From Eledone cirrhosa (taxonomy: Eukaryota): DNA of 64,000 bases. The translations under genes and the position numbers were made by a program. A model generated the notes under the pieces. It did not search any database. It was not told the origin of the DNA and saw nothing but the letters and a program-made list of their open reading frames with translations. The stretch's first letter is position 1; each line of letters starts with the position of its first letter. Of this stretch, positions 25,353 to 39,850 are shown in pieces. The DNA is taken from positions 91,016,001 to 91,080,000 of the forward strand of contig OZ024747.1 of NCBI GenBank assembly GCA_964016885.1. The letters are read 5' to 3'.

Positions 25353-28300
25353 CTAGCTGACGTACCCAGCTTCGCCTGGGTAAACAGATGATAAGAGAAG
25401 ACAAGTAAAAGAGAAAATGACTGTATTGGATGTTTGTCTGGTTACAGTATGAGGCGAGTCCGTGGTGTGTGTGTGATACGGAAAACAGTAAAAAAAAATA
25501 TTCCAGATATACCAGATTCTTCGTTGTATCGTTTGTGCATACTATATGAACAATTCTAGGTGCTCCCACCTAGAATAGGGATCTCTAGGAGATGGTTAAT
25601 CTTCTGCCTGACTGTAAAACGTGTATCATTGCATAGACGTGGTTGTTCCACGTTTCTCAACAGGATGATGGAAGTTCCAATCTTTTATATTATATGTAGA
25701 TATAGATATATATAATGAATATAAAAGATGTCCGTCAATGTAAAAAAGGTCCCTATTTACTTGAAATGGTTTATACAAATGCCAAATTAATATGGATATG
25801 GATAACATGCTTATCTATAAGTGGTCAGCTATAATAATAAAACAACAAATTATATGACACAAAAATTTATTCAGTAATTTCCCGGTCTTAGCCACTGAGT
25901 AATATACAGTCAATATTGCCCAGAGTTCAACTCGGGGAGGTGGCCTGGTTTGAACTCCAAATGGCGGATCCTTCTACTTCGAAAATAGAATCGTTTTTCA
26001 ATATTACTCTAGCCCTGGCCGGCCATAGGCACCAAACTTTTTGCCAGACTCAGCATATGATGAGGTTTTATTACCACTGCAATCAGAAGCGATAAATTTG
26101 AAGACAATTTCTACCAATACTTGTTGGTTTTTATTTCTCATTATCGACAATAAATGACATTGAACATAAATGATAACTCTTTCAAAGCTCACAATACTGA
26201 TCAAAGGACACCAATGTCCGAATCATTTACGTCGCTTATTGATAGCATTAAAGATATGCATACATCAACTCAAAGCTTCATTATAAACAATATTCAGGGT
26301 TGTTCCTCTGTTAGTGGTATCAATTGCAAATTTTATACCATCAGGATCGCACACTCGAGATGCAGCAACATATAGTTGCCCATGGCTGAATGCTGGATCA
26401 TTCAAGTAGACACCGACTCGCTTGAAAGTCTGTCCCTATGCCTTGTTGACAGTCATGGAGAAAGCCAAATTGACGGGAAACTGTCTCCTTTGCCAAATGA
26501 ATGGCAGCAGATCTTCACTTGGTCTCAGCATGATCCTCGGAATGAGAACCGATTCCTCTCTGCCTGGAAGTTTAGCTTCTAAAACTCTTCCGTTAATCAA
26601 TCTCTCAACAATCAATCTGGTACCATTGCAAAGACCCATTTTATGATTGATATTTCTAAGCAATATAATCGGCATACCCTTTTTCAACCTCAAAATATGT
26701 GGGGGAAATCCGGGTATTCGAAGTGAATTCAGATACTCAGTCGGAACATCCATATGGTTCTGCTGATTAGGCTCCATTGCATCCGCACTGACGGTCAACC
26801 ATTCCTCCCCAGGAAACATTCCGGCTACTTGTGAATTTATTTCATCGACCGTTGCATTCGTATGAGTTAGAATAACGCGTTCCGATATCCAGGAGATATT
26901 CTGCCAAAAAGCATTCAAATTAGGGAACACCCAGTCAATCAATGCTTGGCGGTGCAGTGGGATGACCAAATGGTCTGGGATTCTTACAGTCTGATTATCA
27001 CCAACGTGTGGCAATTCATCGTTTCCCAACTGCATCAACCATCGGCCGTATGTCTCAGCCTCTTCGTTTTGCCCGAACATACGAAGTCGCATATTATCGT
27101 GTAATCGTAAACCTCTGAAATGGCGCCACAACGGGGACTTTTTCAGACATGCATCGACAATTTGCGCTCTTTGAGCATTCCTAACAATTGGTAGCACTTG
27201 TCTGAAATCGCCACCAAGAACGATAGTCTTACCACCGAATGGCAGGTCACTACCGCAGATATCTCTGAAAGTTCTGTCCAATGCCTGTAGCAAATATCTG
27301 TGTGCCATTGCAGCCTCGTTCCAAATAATCAGAGACGTATTGCGTATAAGGCCCGCGAGTTCACTTTGTCCTGTAATGTTACAGACACTCAACTCATCCA
27401 GAGCCAATGGAGCCTTGAAGCATGAGTGGAAGGTCCTTCCACCACTCAGCAAAGTGGCAGCGATCCCACTGGTGGCCACAGGGAGAGCAATCTTCCTCTG
27501 AGCTCTGACTGCCGATAACATAGTGTTGAAACAGAATGTCTTTCCGGTGCCTTCTGGAGCATCTATGAAAGCACAAAGTTGCTCATTAGTGGAAATCGAG
27601 TGGAGAACGCCATCGACCAATTCTCTCTGAGATTGGGTCAACATTGGCATACGTTCATCCACAATACGTTGCTGTTCCAGTGGATCAAACTGGAATAGTT
27701 CCCTCCGATCGAGTGGCAACCGTCTAAGCTGCAATCTCATGTTTTATGGTAAGACACGTTGTTGCATTTCTTCATCAGGAATTGGCAAATTGAAATCTCT
27801 TAAACATTTCAAATGAACTTCAAGCAGTTACTCAATATTGAGCAAAACAATAGCCTTCATCAAATTTTCATCATCGACCTGAAGATGATGCCTAAAATCA
27901 TCAGCCATAATTCCCCAATGGCGTTCAAATAACTCTCTTGGATCGGCAGGATTGCAGAATCCTAGAATCGTGACAAACAACTGCCTTATTTGAGCTGGCA
28001 TCGGTGTTGTTCCTGCAGCTTCCATGGCGTTATTCCATTCAGCGTCATCTTGAAGGAGTCCAAGATGTTGACACACAGCCTGGTATGTTTCATATCCCAC
28101 GCCATTGATTGTTTTCAAATCAGCGAAGCTCTGTTTACCTCTCGAAAAATCATTATGCAACAGAATTCGGAGATAAAACACATCACCAGATGCTGGATGG
28201 ACATTACAAACCTATCCAATAGTCATGAATCTCAACTTTTGTTTTCTATCATTCCATTTCTTTCCCTACTTATCCCACGTATAGTGCGAAGGGAAATCGC

Positions 28301-31300
28301 AGTAGAGTTGCCTTTGATCAGGGTTCAAAGCATGTTCCCTATTATGCTTGAACCACTCAGTCAATTCCGTCTTAGGAGGTGGTGCGTTAGCAATTATTTC
28401 GACACTTCTTCTAGTGTCCTTAAAACAGACCATTTGCCTATTCGCTAAGTGAACCGTCAGTTTCTGAACGCTGAGTTTGCGTTCATTGAGATGAAAATCA
28501 AACAATCTCCAGCAAGCTTCGCTAGATCCAATCGAGCGAACATCCTGGAACCTGCCAACTTCATCTCCTTGGTTCGCTTCTTCATTCCTGACATTGATCA
28601 TTGCCCGATCATGACCCTTGTAAACATATTTGAATAGATATTTACAAGCTTTCACTGAGCTAGAAATTTCCACATTAATATGACAACGATATTTCATAAT
28701 CAAATATGGATTGTATGGCACAACCCACTGATTTGTAACCTGTCGACCGTTTACATTTTCGACCAAACCGCCACCAGCAGACGACCGTCTTCTGTATAAG
28801 GGATGAGCATCCCCATCGTTCCAGGAAGTGTTCGTGACAAAAGATTTCGGAAAGTGCTTACTGCATTGGCCATTTTTCATGCAAGGCGCTTTCCGATTTG
28901 CCACTCCGCATTGGTTGTGCACCCTTGACTTTGCCACCAAGTTGCGTAGTGCCTCATTCTCCAGCAGTTCAGCACACACAATGCTGTCGACATCCTCAGC
29001 ACATCTCAATTTGCAATCTCTATGTAAAATGATCAGCAAATGTGCATGTGGCAATCTTCTTTTTGGGAATTCAATTACGTATGTGAAAGCAACTATACCT
29101 CCAAAGATTCCCTCTTTTTCCACATCATCCATTATCTTTTTCAGATATCCTTTGAATACTCTTGCCACAATATCAGGACTGTCCTTTGGCTGTTGTCCTG
29201 GCAAAAGTGCATCATTAATATCAGTCCATTCAGGGTTGCATGTAACTGTTATAAACAAATCTGGCTTTCCAAACTTTCTGACAATAGCCATTGGATCCTG
29301 ATAGCGAATGTTCATATATCTCGGGCCACCGATGAACGACGATGGCAAAATGATGCGTCGACCAATTTGCTTGTAATTGGCATCATCGGCTGTTATTGCA
29401 TCCTGTATATTATTATACAATTCAGCTCTGATATGTTGCTGATGTGTAGCTATATAATTTAGCCTTTGATTTTCGATCTTTGCGAATGCCATACAACAGT
29501 ATTCCTGGAACAATCTGCTGGCTTGAAATAGTACATTTCTCTGTTGATTCCTCTCGTTCAAATGGAACGCGTAAAAGTCGCGAGTCGAATTATTGTGTCT
29601 ATTGCCACCTCCCTGTTGATGCTGATTCTCATCATCATCTAAATGAACAGACATGTTCCATCCATTTTCACCTTTTGGGAATAAAAGAACATAATGCATT
29701 GGATCGTATGCCCTATTTGATTCATTGATAGTCTTGAGACCACCATCTCTGCGATTGAGGACGATATCTCTCGATCCAGGCTTATCGTCCATCAACACAG
29801 CAACTTCACGAAATCCTTCAGGGGCATTATATCGCCGTTCGCGTTGATTCCTTGGCACTGCGTCAGCCTTAATCACCAATGTTTGCTGCTGAACATTTTG
29901 CAGCTCAGCCACCAACATGAAATGCATAACATAAGGATTACACTGTCTAAGCCATGATTGCAAATCAGGGATCAAATCACTTAACCTTTGTTCACTATAA
30001 TCTGGATCGTTAAGATAAATTTGAGCGAATTGAGGCCTCTCTCCTGGGGTAACTTCCAATACAATGATACAAACGGCCTTGAATGACTACATTCGGTTGC
30101 CATGCTCCACTCTCAAACATCTCACTAACTCTCTGCGATGCTAAAGCTAATGAATTGTTAATTTGCCGCGAATATTTGCGCAGTAATCTACCTCGGTCTC
30201 CTTGATCACCCCACATACTTAGTATTTTAAACTCCGGTGACTCCGCATCATCCGGCATTCGCAAGGGTTCTTGTTGAACTGCTCCTTTATGACAGCACAT
30301 TGTGGTCCATGTCATTTCGTGCTTCCAAAGCAATGCTCTACAATGTGGACACTCTGCTCGTCCACCAATCTGAAAACGACACGGTTGCCATGATCCATTT
30401 TTAATATCATTCGTTCGCCTTCTAGCCTTTTTACTGGAATGAGGAGCACTTTGGCGACACATTCTCTGAACTTCTGTATATCGCTGGCGCTGTTCAGCCA
30501 GCTCCTCTTCATCCTTCGCAGCACGCCGTTGCTGCTGAATTCTGGTCATCTGCTGATGATGCTCAGCCAGTTCTTCTTCAACCATCGCAGTACGCCGTCG
30601 CTCCTTGGCTCCAGTGTTTCGTTGGCGTTGTTCAGTCAGCTCCTCTTCATTCATGGCAGCACGTCTTTGCCTCTGAAGTTCGGCATTCCGATGGCGCTGT
30701 TCGGCCCGTTTTTCTTCATTGCTGGCTGCACGCCGTCGCCGCTGTAGTTCACAGTTTGATAAAGTCGAATTGCTTTTATTATCAGTATTCATTTCGAGAA
30801 ATTGTCAAAAAATGACACAATAATAAATATAAAAGATGTTCGGCAATGTAAAGAAAGGTCCGTATTTACTCCCTTCACAACTCTGTGTATGTTAGACTAA
30901 CAAATAGGCACACAGACAGATAAACTGCGTGGCGATTGTGGAACGCCCCACGTACACACACATACACGCATGGAAACGCGCACACGCACGCAAACTTACA
31001 CACGCATCCGTGCACTTACACACACTTACACACTCACACATGTTGATAGTTTTTACTTTCTGTGGAACGCTGCACGCACGCACACACACATAAACATACG
31101 CGCACGTACATACACACGCACACATGGTAATAGTTACAGCGTTCACTTTGCCTCTTTGTTTCTTACTCTCCCCTCTCACTCCCTTATTGGCATTATGCGT
31201 ATTAATTTAAGTTTGGTGTCGTTGAGGTGGGCGGAGTCATTTGAAACCTATAAACCAATGATAATCGAGAATTATGACACACGGAATACTGACGTTGTTG

Positions 31301-31315
31301 AAATTAATATATAGA
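25353..31315 (-). mobile_element. Helitron, full-length with both termini, coding region decayed
   Basis: minus: A|TCTATATATTAAT at 31315; 3' hairpin tacccag-gcgaag-ctgggta (25363-25382), then CTAG|T at 25353; no TSD; encloses RepHel. Confidence 0.95.
26265..30792 (-). pseudogene. Helitron RepHel transposase (Zn finger, HUH Rep, PIF1 helicase), broken by stops and frameshifts
   Basis: CPHCRAL..CCHKG; LPSSFIGGPRYM; KPDLFITVTCNP; EFPKRRLPHAH (HUH); KYLFKYVYKG; DAPEGTGKT; GGDFRQVLP; GLCNGTRL; RRQFPV..TVNKA*GQT..FSHG/QLYVAASRV; split over ORFs 30010-30792, 28266-30059, 27828-28181 and 26436-27740. Confidence 0.95.
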
Positions 31316-31833
31316 TTACATTATATTATGTTATATTGAATATTTCTAAGAACTTCTCAAGGGCAAGATACTTTTAAACACACAGTTAATCCTCAGACTA
31401 AGAAATATCAGGACTATTTAAAGAATTTTGGTCTGATATTAATCTGATATCTTTGCTCTTTTCAAATACTAAAATTAACATGAAGATATTTATGATTTTA
31501 TGGTGACGTATTATTGTTTCACATATATAGCCAGTTAAATGTTAAGAGAGACTATGGAAGGGATTGGAAAAGTATATAAATGGAATGGGCCTCCGTCGGT
31601 TTCGGCAATATGTGTTCCAGCTCTTCGATTAATAGAACAGCGTGCTCACGAAATAAAGCTGTGACTGGAAATTCTACTAACGTTTATTTCCTTAACGTAA
31701 TTCTCAGGGAGATTCAGTGTTATCACACTCATAGTATGATAAGGCTGGTCCTTATCAAGTGCAGACCATTTGACGGGCTTCCATCTACCCAATTTCCATC
31801 TACCCAATTTGACATAAAAGACATGAAAACGTG

Positions 31834-32035
<202 letters not shown>

Positions 32036-32300
32036 ACACACACAGAGGCAAACGCACACATACATACGGACGCGCACACATGAACCTCTGAAAGTTTCGT
32101 TACTAAATATGCCATTTATTCGATCAATGGAACAGCCTGCTCATGAAATTGCTCATGTGGGTAACCACACTTTCCACAGACACGTGTACGATTAACGCAA
32201 TTGTCTTGCAGATTCAGCCTGAAACAGTCTGATAAAGCTAACCCTCTGAACTACAAGTACAGTTAAGCAAATGGGCTTTTCGATAGTTTCTATCGACTCA

Positions 32301-32406
32301 ATTTCACTGACAGATTTCACTCACAGATTTCACTCACAGATTTCACTCACAGATTTCACTCACAGATTTCACAAACAGATTTCACTGAAAGATTTCACTC
32401 ACAGAT
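32301..32406. repeat. 13-bp tandem repeat (atttcactcacag) x~8
   Basis: direct inspection. Confidence 0.85.
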
Positions 32407-32869
32407 GATGAGTGAACACGAGGCTAGGGTAAGCGACATGTATTGAGATTGAACCTGGAACATAATAATTACGAAATGAACTCCTCATCTTTTCAATTTT
32501 GCTGAATCCACAGAATATATAAAATACATTTATTAAATAAAGTGTTTAAAAATCATGGATCGTTGGTAATAATCAAAAATATGGTGATAGACAGAGAATT
32601 AAATATTTATCTTCAACGTAGGAAATGAATCTACATTAAATTTATGAGAAATAAATATGACACTCATTAGCTATAAGAAAAATGACACTCATTAAAGAAA
32701 TATGACACTCATTAAAGAAATATGACACTCATAAGAATATAAAGGAAAAAAAACTGTACTCAACAAAATTCTGAAGTATTACGTCATATAATTTAGAAAT
32801 AAATATACGTATTATATGTCCTCAGGCATGTTCTGATATGGTGGACACAATTCCAAGGAAACATTTTCA

Positions 32870-33395
32870 ATATTGCCACAAGGCCAGCAATTTGGGTTAG
32901 TGGAGTCAGAGGAAAAGTTGATTATATCTACCCTAGATTGGCACTTTATTTTATCGTCCTCAGAAGGTTGAAAGGTAAATTTGACGTTGGTGTAATTTGA
33001 ACCAGGAACGTAAAGAGCCGCAATAAATACTCCTGAGAATTCGTCCGATGCTCTAACGACTCTGCAATCCACCGGCATAATAATAATGGCTTCTACTATA
33101 GGCACAAGGCCAGCAATTTTTGGGGAGGGGAAAGTCGATCAAATCGATCCCAGTGCATTACTGGTACTTTATTTTATCGACCCCGTAAGGATGAAAGACA
33201 AAGCTAACCTCGGCGGGATTTGAACTCAGAATATAAAGGGGCGTAACTCTATGCCGTAAAGCATATTGTCCGACACTCTACTGATTCTGCCAATCCACCG
33301 CCATAATAATAAGGATTTCTGGTTTAGGCACAAGTCAACAATTTTGAGAGGAGGGTGAAAGTCGATTAAATCGATCCCCAGTGAATTACTGGTAA
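32870..33395 (-). mobile_element. cluster of three SINE family 1 copies
   Basis: cacaaggccagcaatt tails; heads end aatccaccg at ~33072 and ~33300; third copy partial. Confidence 0.8.
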
Positions 33396-34948
33396 TTTTG
33401 AAGAACTATATCCTATGTCGTATGTACAAATACATCCCACTCGCTACAACTAACAATACGCAAGCTCCATACGGCTTCTTTTGGACAGTATAAATTAGCT
33501 ACACTCTACTGACAAGATGTTTTCTACACAGAGTGAAGTAGGCAGGCATCTGCTGGATTTAAATACAAAACACAAATGGCTGTAATTTAACTAAATACCA
33601 TAATGTAATTTATCCATGAGCTTATAAAGTATTCCCATTAATAAATGACTAATACTGCCATCCTCGGAATATTAACATTCAGTGAGAAATACAGTCAAAC
33701 CAATGATAGTATACAATGTGGATGTACAATTATGATGATGAAGTACAAATCCTTTCATGATTATAACTTAGAGAAAGGTAGTCATCAACGGAAGTCCAAA
33801 TTTTTCCAATTTCAAAAAGCAACTAAGCAAATTAGCGGAATGATTCTGTTTTGAATCACTGAATACAGACATACGATCGAATATGTCATTAATTACGCTT
33901 ACTTTATTGATCATAGATTATATAAAAATTTGGGTTTATAAACAAGATTTAGAACCCATTAAATAAGTTTTCTATTACAGGTGCAGGCATTGTCGTGTGG
34001 TTACGAAGTGGTACTGGGTTCAATTCTGTTAGGCGCCATTTTGTGTAAGTGTTTTCTGTTATAGCCTGAATAAATCTTGTTTGAAATGCAAGACCGGGTC
34101 ATAAGAGGAAAATTCTTACGTCGTCTTTGATAACACGCAGACTTGGTAATGTTGTCATTATTGACTTCGTTTTTATAAATATTAGCCATGGACACAAAAG
34201 CGAAATCTCAAGTGTAGAAAGTAGTTATTTATTATTTTTTTTTATTCCGATCGAAATGATTTGAGTAAAAGTTTTCTCTAATAGCCCCCCCCCCCCACAA
34301 CAAACAAACCCCAAAATAATAACAAAAAAGTAACAAAAACAAACAAACAGACAAAAGCAACAACTAAAAACCAAAAAAATTACACAAACACAAAAGCAAA
34401 CATAAAAGCAACAACAATACAAAACATAAACATCAAAACAAAAGAAGCAGTTACAGATCTAGGCTGAGATAGGTCGACATAATTATGTAGGAAAACATAC
34501 AAAGTACATTTTATTGGGTCCTTTATGCTTGCACCTCTGGTATTGACTGCGTTGTATGTATGTATGTAATTATGTATGTATGTATGTATATATGTATGTA
34601 TGTATGTAATTATGTATGTATGTATGTATATATGTATGTATGTAGGTATATATGTATGTATGTATGTACGTAAGTATGTATGTATGTACGTATGTATGTA
34701 TGTACGTATATATGTATGTATGTTTGTATGTATGTATGAATGTATGTACGTATGTATGTATCCATGTATATATGTATGTACGTACGTATGTACGTATGTG
34801 TGTATGTATGTATGCATGTATGTATGTATATATGTATGTATGTGTGCGTGTAAGTCTGTTTGTATTTCAATCGGTTTAAATTTACTAGCGCGTTCTGTCA
34901 TTGAACATAAATTGCGTGATTACCATTTGTTATATTTTTTGTTATATC

Positions 34949-34989
<41 letters not shown>

Positions 34990-35197
34990 ACACACATACA
35001 CCCACCCACACGCGCACGCGCACACACACACGCGCACACACACACACACACACACGCGCACACACACAGGTACACGCACACACACACACACGCACACACA
35101 CACACAGACACACACACACACATATATATATATATCCGTATATATATATACATACATACACACAGATGCACACACACACACATATATACATATATAC

Positions 35198-35239
<42 letters not shown>

Positions 35240-35695
35240 AGTTTTCTGAATGTAGTAGAAACTTTATATGACAAATTCAATAGCTTGAATATAGATTCTA
35301 AACTGCCGCTGGACCTGCCACTTTTTGGATAAAGAACGAACATAGGTAAGATAGGACAAAAGAAAGAAAGTAAACGAAACAAAATGGCGGACTAACACAG
35401 ATATAAATAAAGAAATAGTTGAGGGAGAAAGGTGAAAGTGAGGGATAAGGGATGAACGGGAAGGCGAGAGAGAGAGAGAGACTGCAGCCAAACTATTCTT
35501 TTGTTTCGAATCTCATATTCAGCCTTTTAAGGTCAAGATATGTCACTGTTGAGGTCAGTTATAGAGCAATATAGAAATAAGAAGATTTTGGCTGATATTC
35601 TATTCCAGATATAAATATGAGAAGACTACTTTTAAAGAAACATCTAGAATCTGTAAGTAGAACAGAACGATGCACCTGTGTATTACCTTCAGAAG

Positions 35696-35800
35696 AAAAG
35701 AAGAAGAAGAAGAAAAAGAAGAAAAAGAAAAAGAAGAAGAAGAAGAAGAAGAAGAAGAAGAAGAAGAAGAAGAAGAAGAAGAAGAAGAAGAAGAAGAAGA
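35696..35800. repeat. (GAA)n microsatellite
   Basis: direct inspection. Confidence 0.95.
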
Positions 35801-36202
35801 AACGAATTTTTACCATCACCCTGCGTATGTATTTATGTTTGTGTGTCTGTGTGTATCTATGTATGTATGTATGTATGTATGTATGTATGTATGTATGTTT
35901 TCTCTTTCTCTTAATTTCGAGTATATTTTTTTGACCGGCCACCTTCCTGGTGGCAAGGTTGTAAAAGAAAAGAAATTGTCATCCCTTGAATCGCAAGAAT
36001 GTTTTGCATATTTTGAAGGTGCCAGCTATCGCAGCCATTTGTAGACTATGAATTAGGGAGCTGCGCTTTTTGTCCGCAAATCCAAGTTCGGTCATACTTT
36101 GGTCCAAGCGGGTTGGTATATGTATGTATGTATGTATGCATGTATGTATGTATGTATGTATGTATGTATGTATGTATGAATGTATGTATGAATGTATGTA
36201 TG

Positions 36203-36233
<31 letters not shown>

Positions 36234-37294
36234 ATGTATATATGTATGCATGCGTATGTGTAATGTTTGTATGTGCATGTGTATATATATATATGTGCAT
36301 GTGTATGTGTACGTACGTACTTATGTATGTATGAATGTATATATGTATGTATGAATGTATGTATGAATGTATGTATGTCTGTATGTATGTACGTGTGTAT
36401 ATATGTATATATGCATGTGTGTATGTATATATGCATGTATGTGTGTATGTATATATGCCTGTATATTTGCATGTTTGTGTACGTATGTGCGTATGTATGT
36501 ATGTACTTTTGTACGCATGTATGTATGTAAGCATGAATACATATATGCATATATGTATGTATGTGTGTATGTATGTATGTATGTACATATGTACGTATGT
36601 ACGCATGTATGTATGTAAGTATGAACACATATATGAATATGTGTATGTATGTATCTATGTATATATGTATGTATGTGCCTTTGCTCACTATAAAAGCTTC
36701 ACGGCACAGGCATTGCTTTATATCTGGAGTTCTCTCTGCACTTGTCGTCACATGGTACCATGGGCCCAGCATTATGTGTTAATAATTGTCACAAGTGTAG
36801 TGTTTGTACCAGAGTTTTCAAGTCGCTGGCTGGACTAAGAAGTCACAGTCGTTCAGCGCATCGATAGGGGTTCTCCTACATGGATATATAGTAGTGGCCG
36901 TACTCGAAAACGAGTTGGCAGCCACCATGTATGTATGTATCTATGTATATATGTATGTATGTATGTATCATTTACAAGTGTTAGCCTTACACACGCAAAC
37001 AAACACACACTCATATACACACATACATTATTTAAACAAATGTATGTGTGTATGTGTGTGAATCTGTGAGTGTAAGTTCACATAAACACAAACTCACAAA
37101 TATATCCCAAAACGTGATTGTGCTATTTTTTTTATTCAGCGATAGACGTTCACTTTTATCCTAAGTAATCGATAAAATAAGCACCAGTTAACTAGAATTG
37201 ATTCCTCCTTAAAATATATATGTCCTTGTGCCAATGTGAGAAACTTATTTTATGGATTGGATAAATTGGGATTTGATCTGGGACTACACTATAA

Positions 37295-37612
37295 TAACTG
37301 TTTCTACTTTTGGCACAAGGCCAGCAATTACTGGTACCTTATTTTATCGACTCCGTAAGGATGAAAGGCAAAGCTAACCTCAGTAGGATTTGAACTCAGA
37401 ATCTAAAGGGATGTAACTACATACCATCGATACTACCAATCTACCATCCTAACATTAATGATAATTTTTTTTACTTTTGGCACAAGGCCAGCAATTATCC
37501 CAGTGCATTACTGGTACTTTATTTTATCAAACCCGTAAGGATGAAAAGCAAAGTTAACCTCGGCGCGATAAAGGGCCATAACTCTATGCTGAAAGCATGG
37601 CATCCGACCTTC
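37295..37612 (-). mobile_element. two SINE family 1 copies
   Basis: ttttggcacaaggccagcaatta tails and CORE-like blocks. Confidence 0.75.
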
Positions 37613-37893
37613 TAAAGTAGAAACAATTATTATTAGCAAATCTGTAGCTATTTGTAGCTTACCGAGCAATCACATAGAAGTGCTGTTCCCAGCGTTTCCC
37701 AACAATTCATCACATTTCGTATTTAAAAAAAAAAAATTTCAAAATGCCGCGTGCAGGATTTGATTTTTTTCTGCTGAAATATTGGCCAGTCGTTTGTCAG
37801 TTGATGTGAACATGATATAATTATAAACCTAATACTTTATAGAGATACAATAATTATAAACCCCTGTGGCATTGATTCATATTTGTGTTTTAA

Positions 37894-38804
37894 TCTATAT
37901 ATATATAAAACTGAGGATGTCTGTCTGTGTGCGTGTGAGTTTGAATCCCTAAAACTCGAGAACCACCCAACCGACTGTTTTCAAACTTTACACATGTAAT
38001 ACTTATGTTTCAGGGAGTGTTCTGAGCAAATTTTCAATGCCCTAGGGACCACGTTAGGCGATTTAGCGATCTCTCTCTATAATTCTTAGTCTTTCTCTTT
38101 TTAGATAGATACATACATATAACGTCGTGCACTTATAATATATGTCTGTATGTCTGGCTGTCTGCATTACGTCACTTCCCTGAGGATGTCTGTCTGTGGG
38201 TGTGTGTGTGTCTGTGAGTTTGAATCCCTAAATCTCGAGAAGTACCCAACCGACATTTTTCAAACTTTACATGTGTATTACTTATGTTTCAGGGAGTGTT
38301 ATGCACATAAAAAATTCAACTTTTTGATCCCCTATTAGTTGAAAAATTGCGTTTTTTCAGGTTTTTAGGGGTTTATTTTAGTCGTTATGTCAGACTGATT
38401 TCCTTGAAATTGTAACTATGTATTAGTCAGTCTCTTCTTCATACCGTGAGCAAAGAAAATCCAACATTTTTATGGCCTTGGGCTCGCATTAGGTGAAAAA
38501 CTTCATTTTTTCAGCCGTTTGGGGCTTTACTGAGGGGTTACGTCTAGCCGTTTTTCCCGAAATTTAAAGGCATATTATGCACATAAAAAAATTCATTTTC
38601 TTGATCCTCTAGGACCCGCATTAGGTGAAAACCTGCATTTTTCCTACTTCATCAAGGAAAATTTTAAAGATTATCCAGCCATCAGAGTATTTGGTTTATT
38701 TTCTTTACATATTGTCCAGGCATGCAGTTTTTCTACGATTAGGTCTGTTGGCGGCCCGCGTTCCAAAATACCTTATCCCGTGCAACGCCGAGTACCACTG
38801 CTAG
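37894..38804 (+). mobile_element. non-autonomous Helitron
   Basis: A|TCTATATATATATAAAACTGAGGATGTCTGTCTG 5' end; cccgtgcaacgccgagt..CTAG|T 3' end; internal duplication 37911-38022 / 38180-38300. Confidence 0.8.
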
Positions 38805-38931
38805 TATAATATAAAGCAACTCTCACTATTTTCTAAATTATTTATATATTCAATATGCCTTCTTTCCTTAAATTTGAGATATTTAGTATCTTTGAGGAAT
38901 TATGGAAGTTTACTTTACAAGTCATATAAAC

Positions 38932-39271
38932 TGAGGTATTCCGTCGGTTACGACGATTAGTGTTTCAGTTGATCGGATCAACGGAAGGAACAGCCTGCTC
39001 ATGGAATTAACGTGAACATGGCTGAGCATTTCACAGGCATGCGTATCCTTAACGTAGTTCTCAGGGAGATCCAGTGTGACACAAAATGTAACATGGCTGG
39101 CCATTTGAACTACTGGTACAACTCATTTTGCCAGCTAAGTGAAGCAGACTGGAGCCACGTGAAAATAAAGTATCTTGCTCAAGGACACAACGCACCGCCG
39201 TGACAGGAATCGAACTCACAACCTTACGATTGTAAGCCGAATACCCTAACCACAAAGCCACGCACCTTCCC
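38932..39271 (-). mobile_element. full-length tRNA-derived SINE family 2 with 15-bp TSD
   Basis: minus A-box-like tggctttgtgg, B-box gagttcgattcc; TSD acaagtcatataaac 38917-38931 / 39272-39286. Confidence 0.9.
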
Positions 39272-39383
39272 ACAAGTCATATAAACAATGTTAAATATTT
39301 TGCAATATCTCTGGTAATGAATGGAAAAATATTTTGTATCTTCTTTCGTTTTTCCAGCAATTGAAATCTTGTTTATAAAACCA

Positions 39384-39583
39384 NNNNNNNNNNNNNNNNN
39401 NNNNNNNNNNNNNNNNNNNNNNNNNNNNNNNNNNNNNNNNNNNNNNNNNNNNNNNNNNNNNNNNNNNNNNNNNNNNNNNNNNNNNNNNNNNNNNNNNNNN
39501 NNNNNNNNNNNNNNNNNNNNNNNNNNNNNNNNNNNNNNNNNNNNNNNNNNNNNNNNNNNNNNNNNNNNNNNNNNNNNNNNNNN
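39384..39583. other. assembly gap (200 N)
   Basis: run of n. Confidence 1.
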
Positions 39584-39850
39584 GAGTGGAGAAGCGAAAA
39601 AAAAAAATATTTCACTCAAATCTTGTTTAAAAAACAAATGTAGACTTAATTTAATATATCTTTACATTCCGTTTCTGCAAACAACATCGTTTCTGCATTG
39701 TTATGCGTCAACAGTATGGATTACAAGATTAATGCCTGTGTGTGTGTGTGTGTGTGTGTATATGTAAAAGCTAAAAAGAAATAACAACACAATAGGTACA
39801 GTATATGGAAGGAATATATTAGGTTAACACTTGAAATAGCAGGCAGAGGA

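Noticed and set aside
27990-30747. Plus-strand ORFs inside the Helitron
   Set aside because: Antisense shadows of RepHel
39224-39767. ORFs spanning the N run
   Set aside because: Artefacts of the assembly gap
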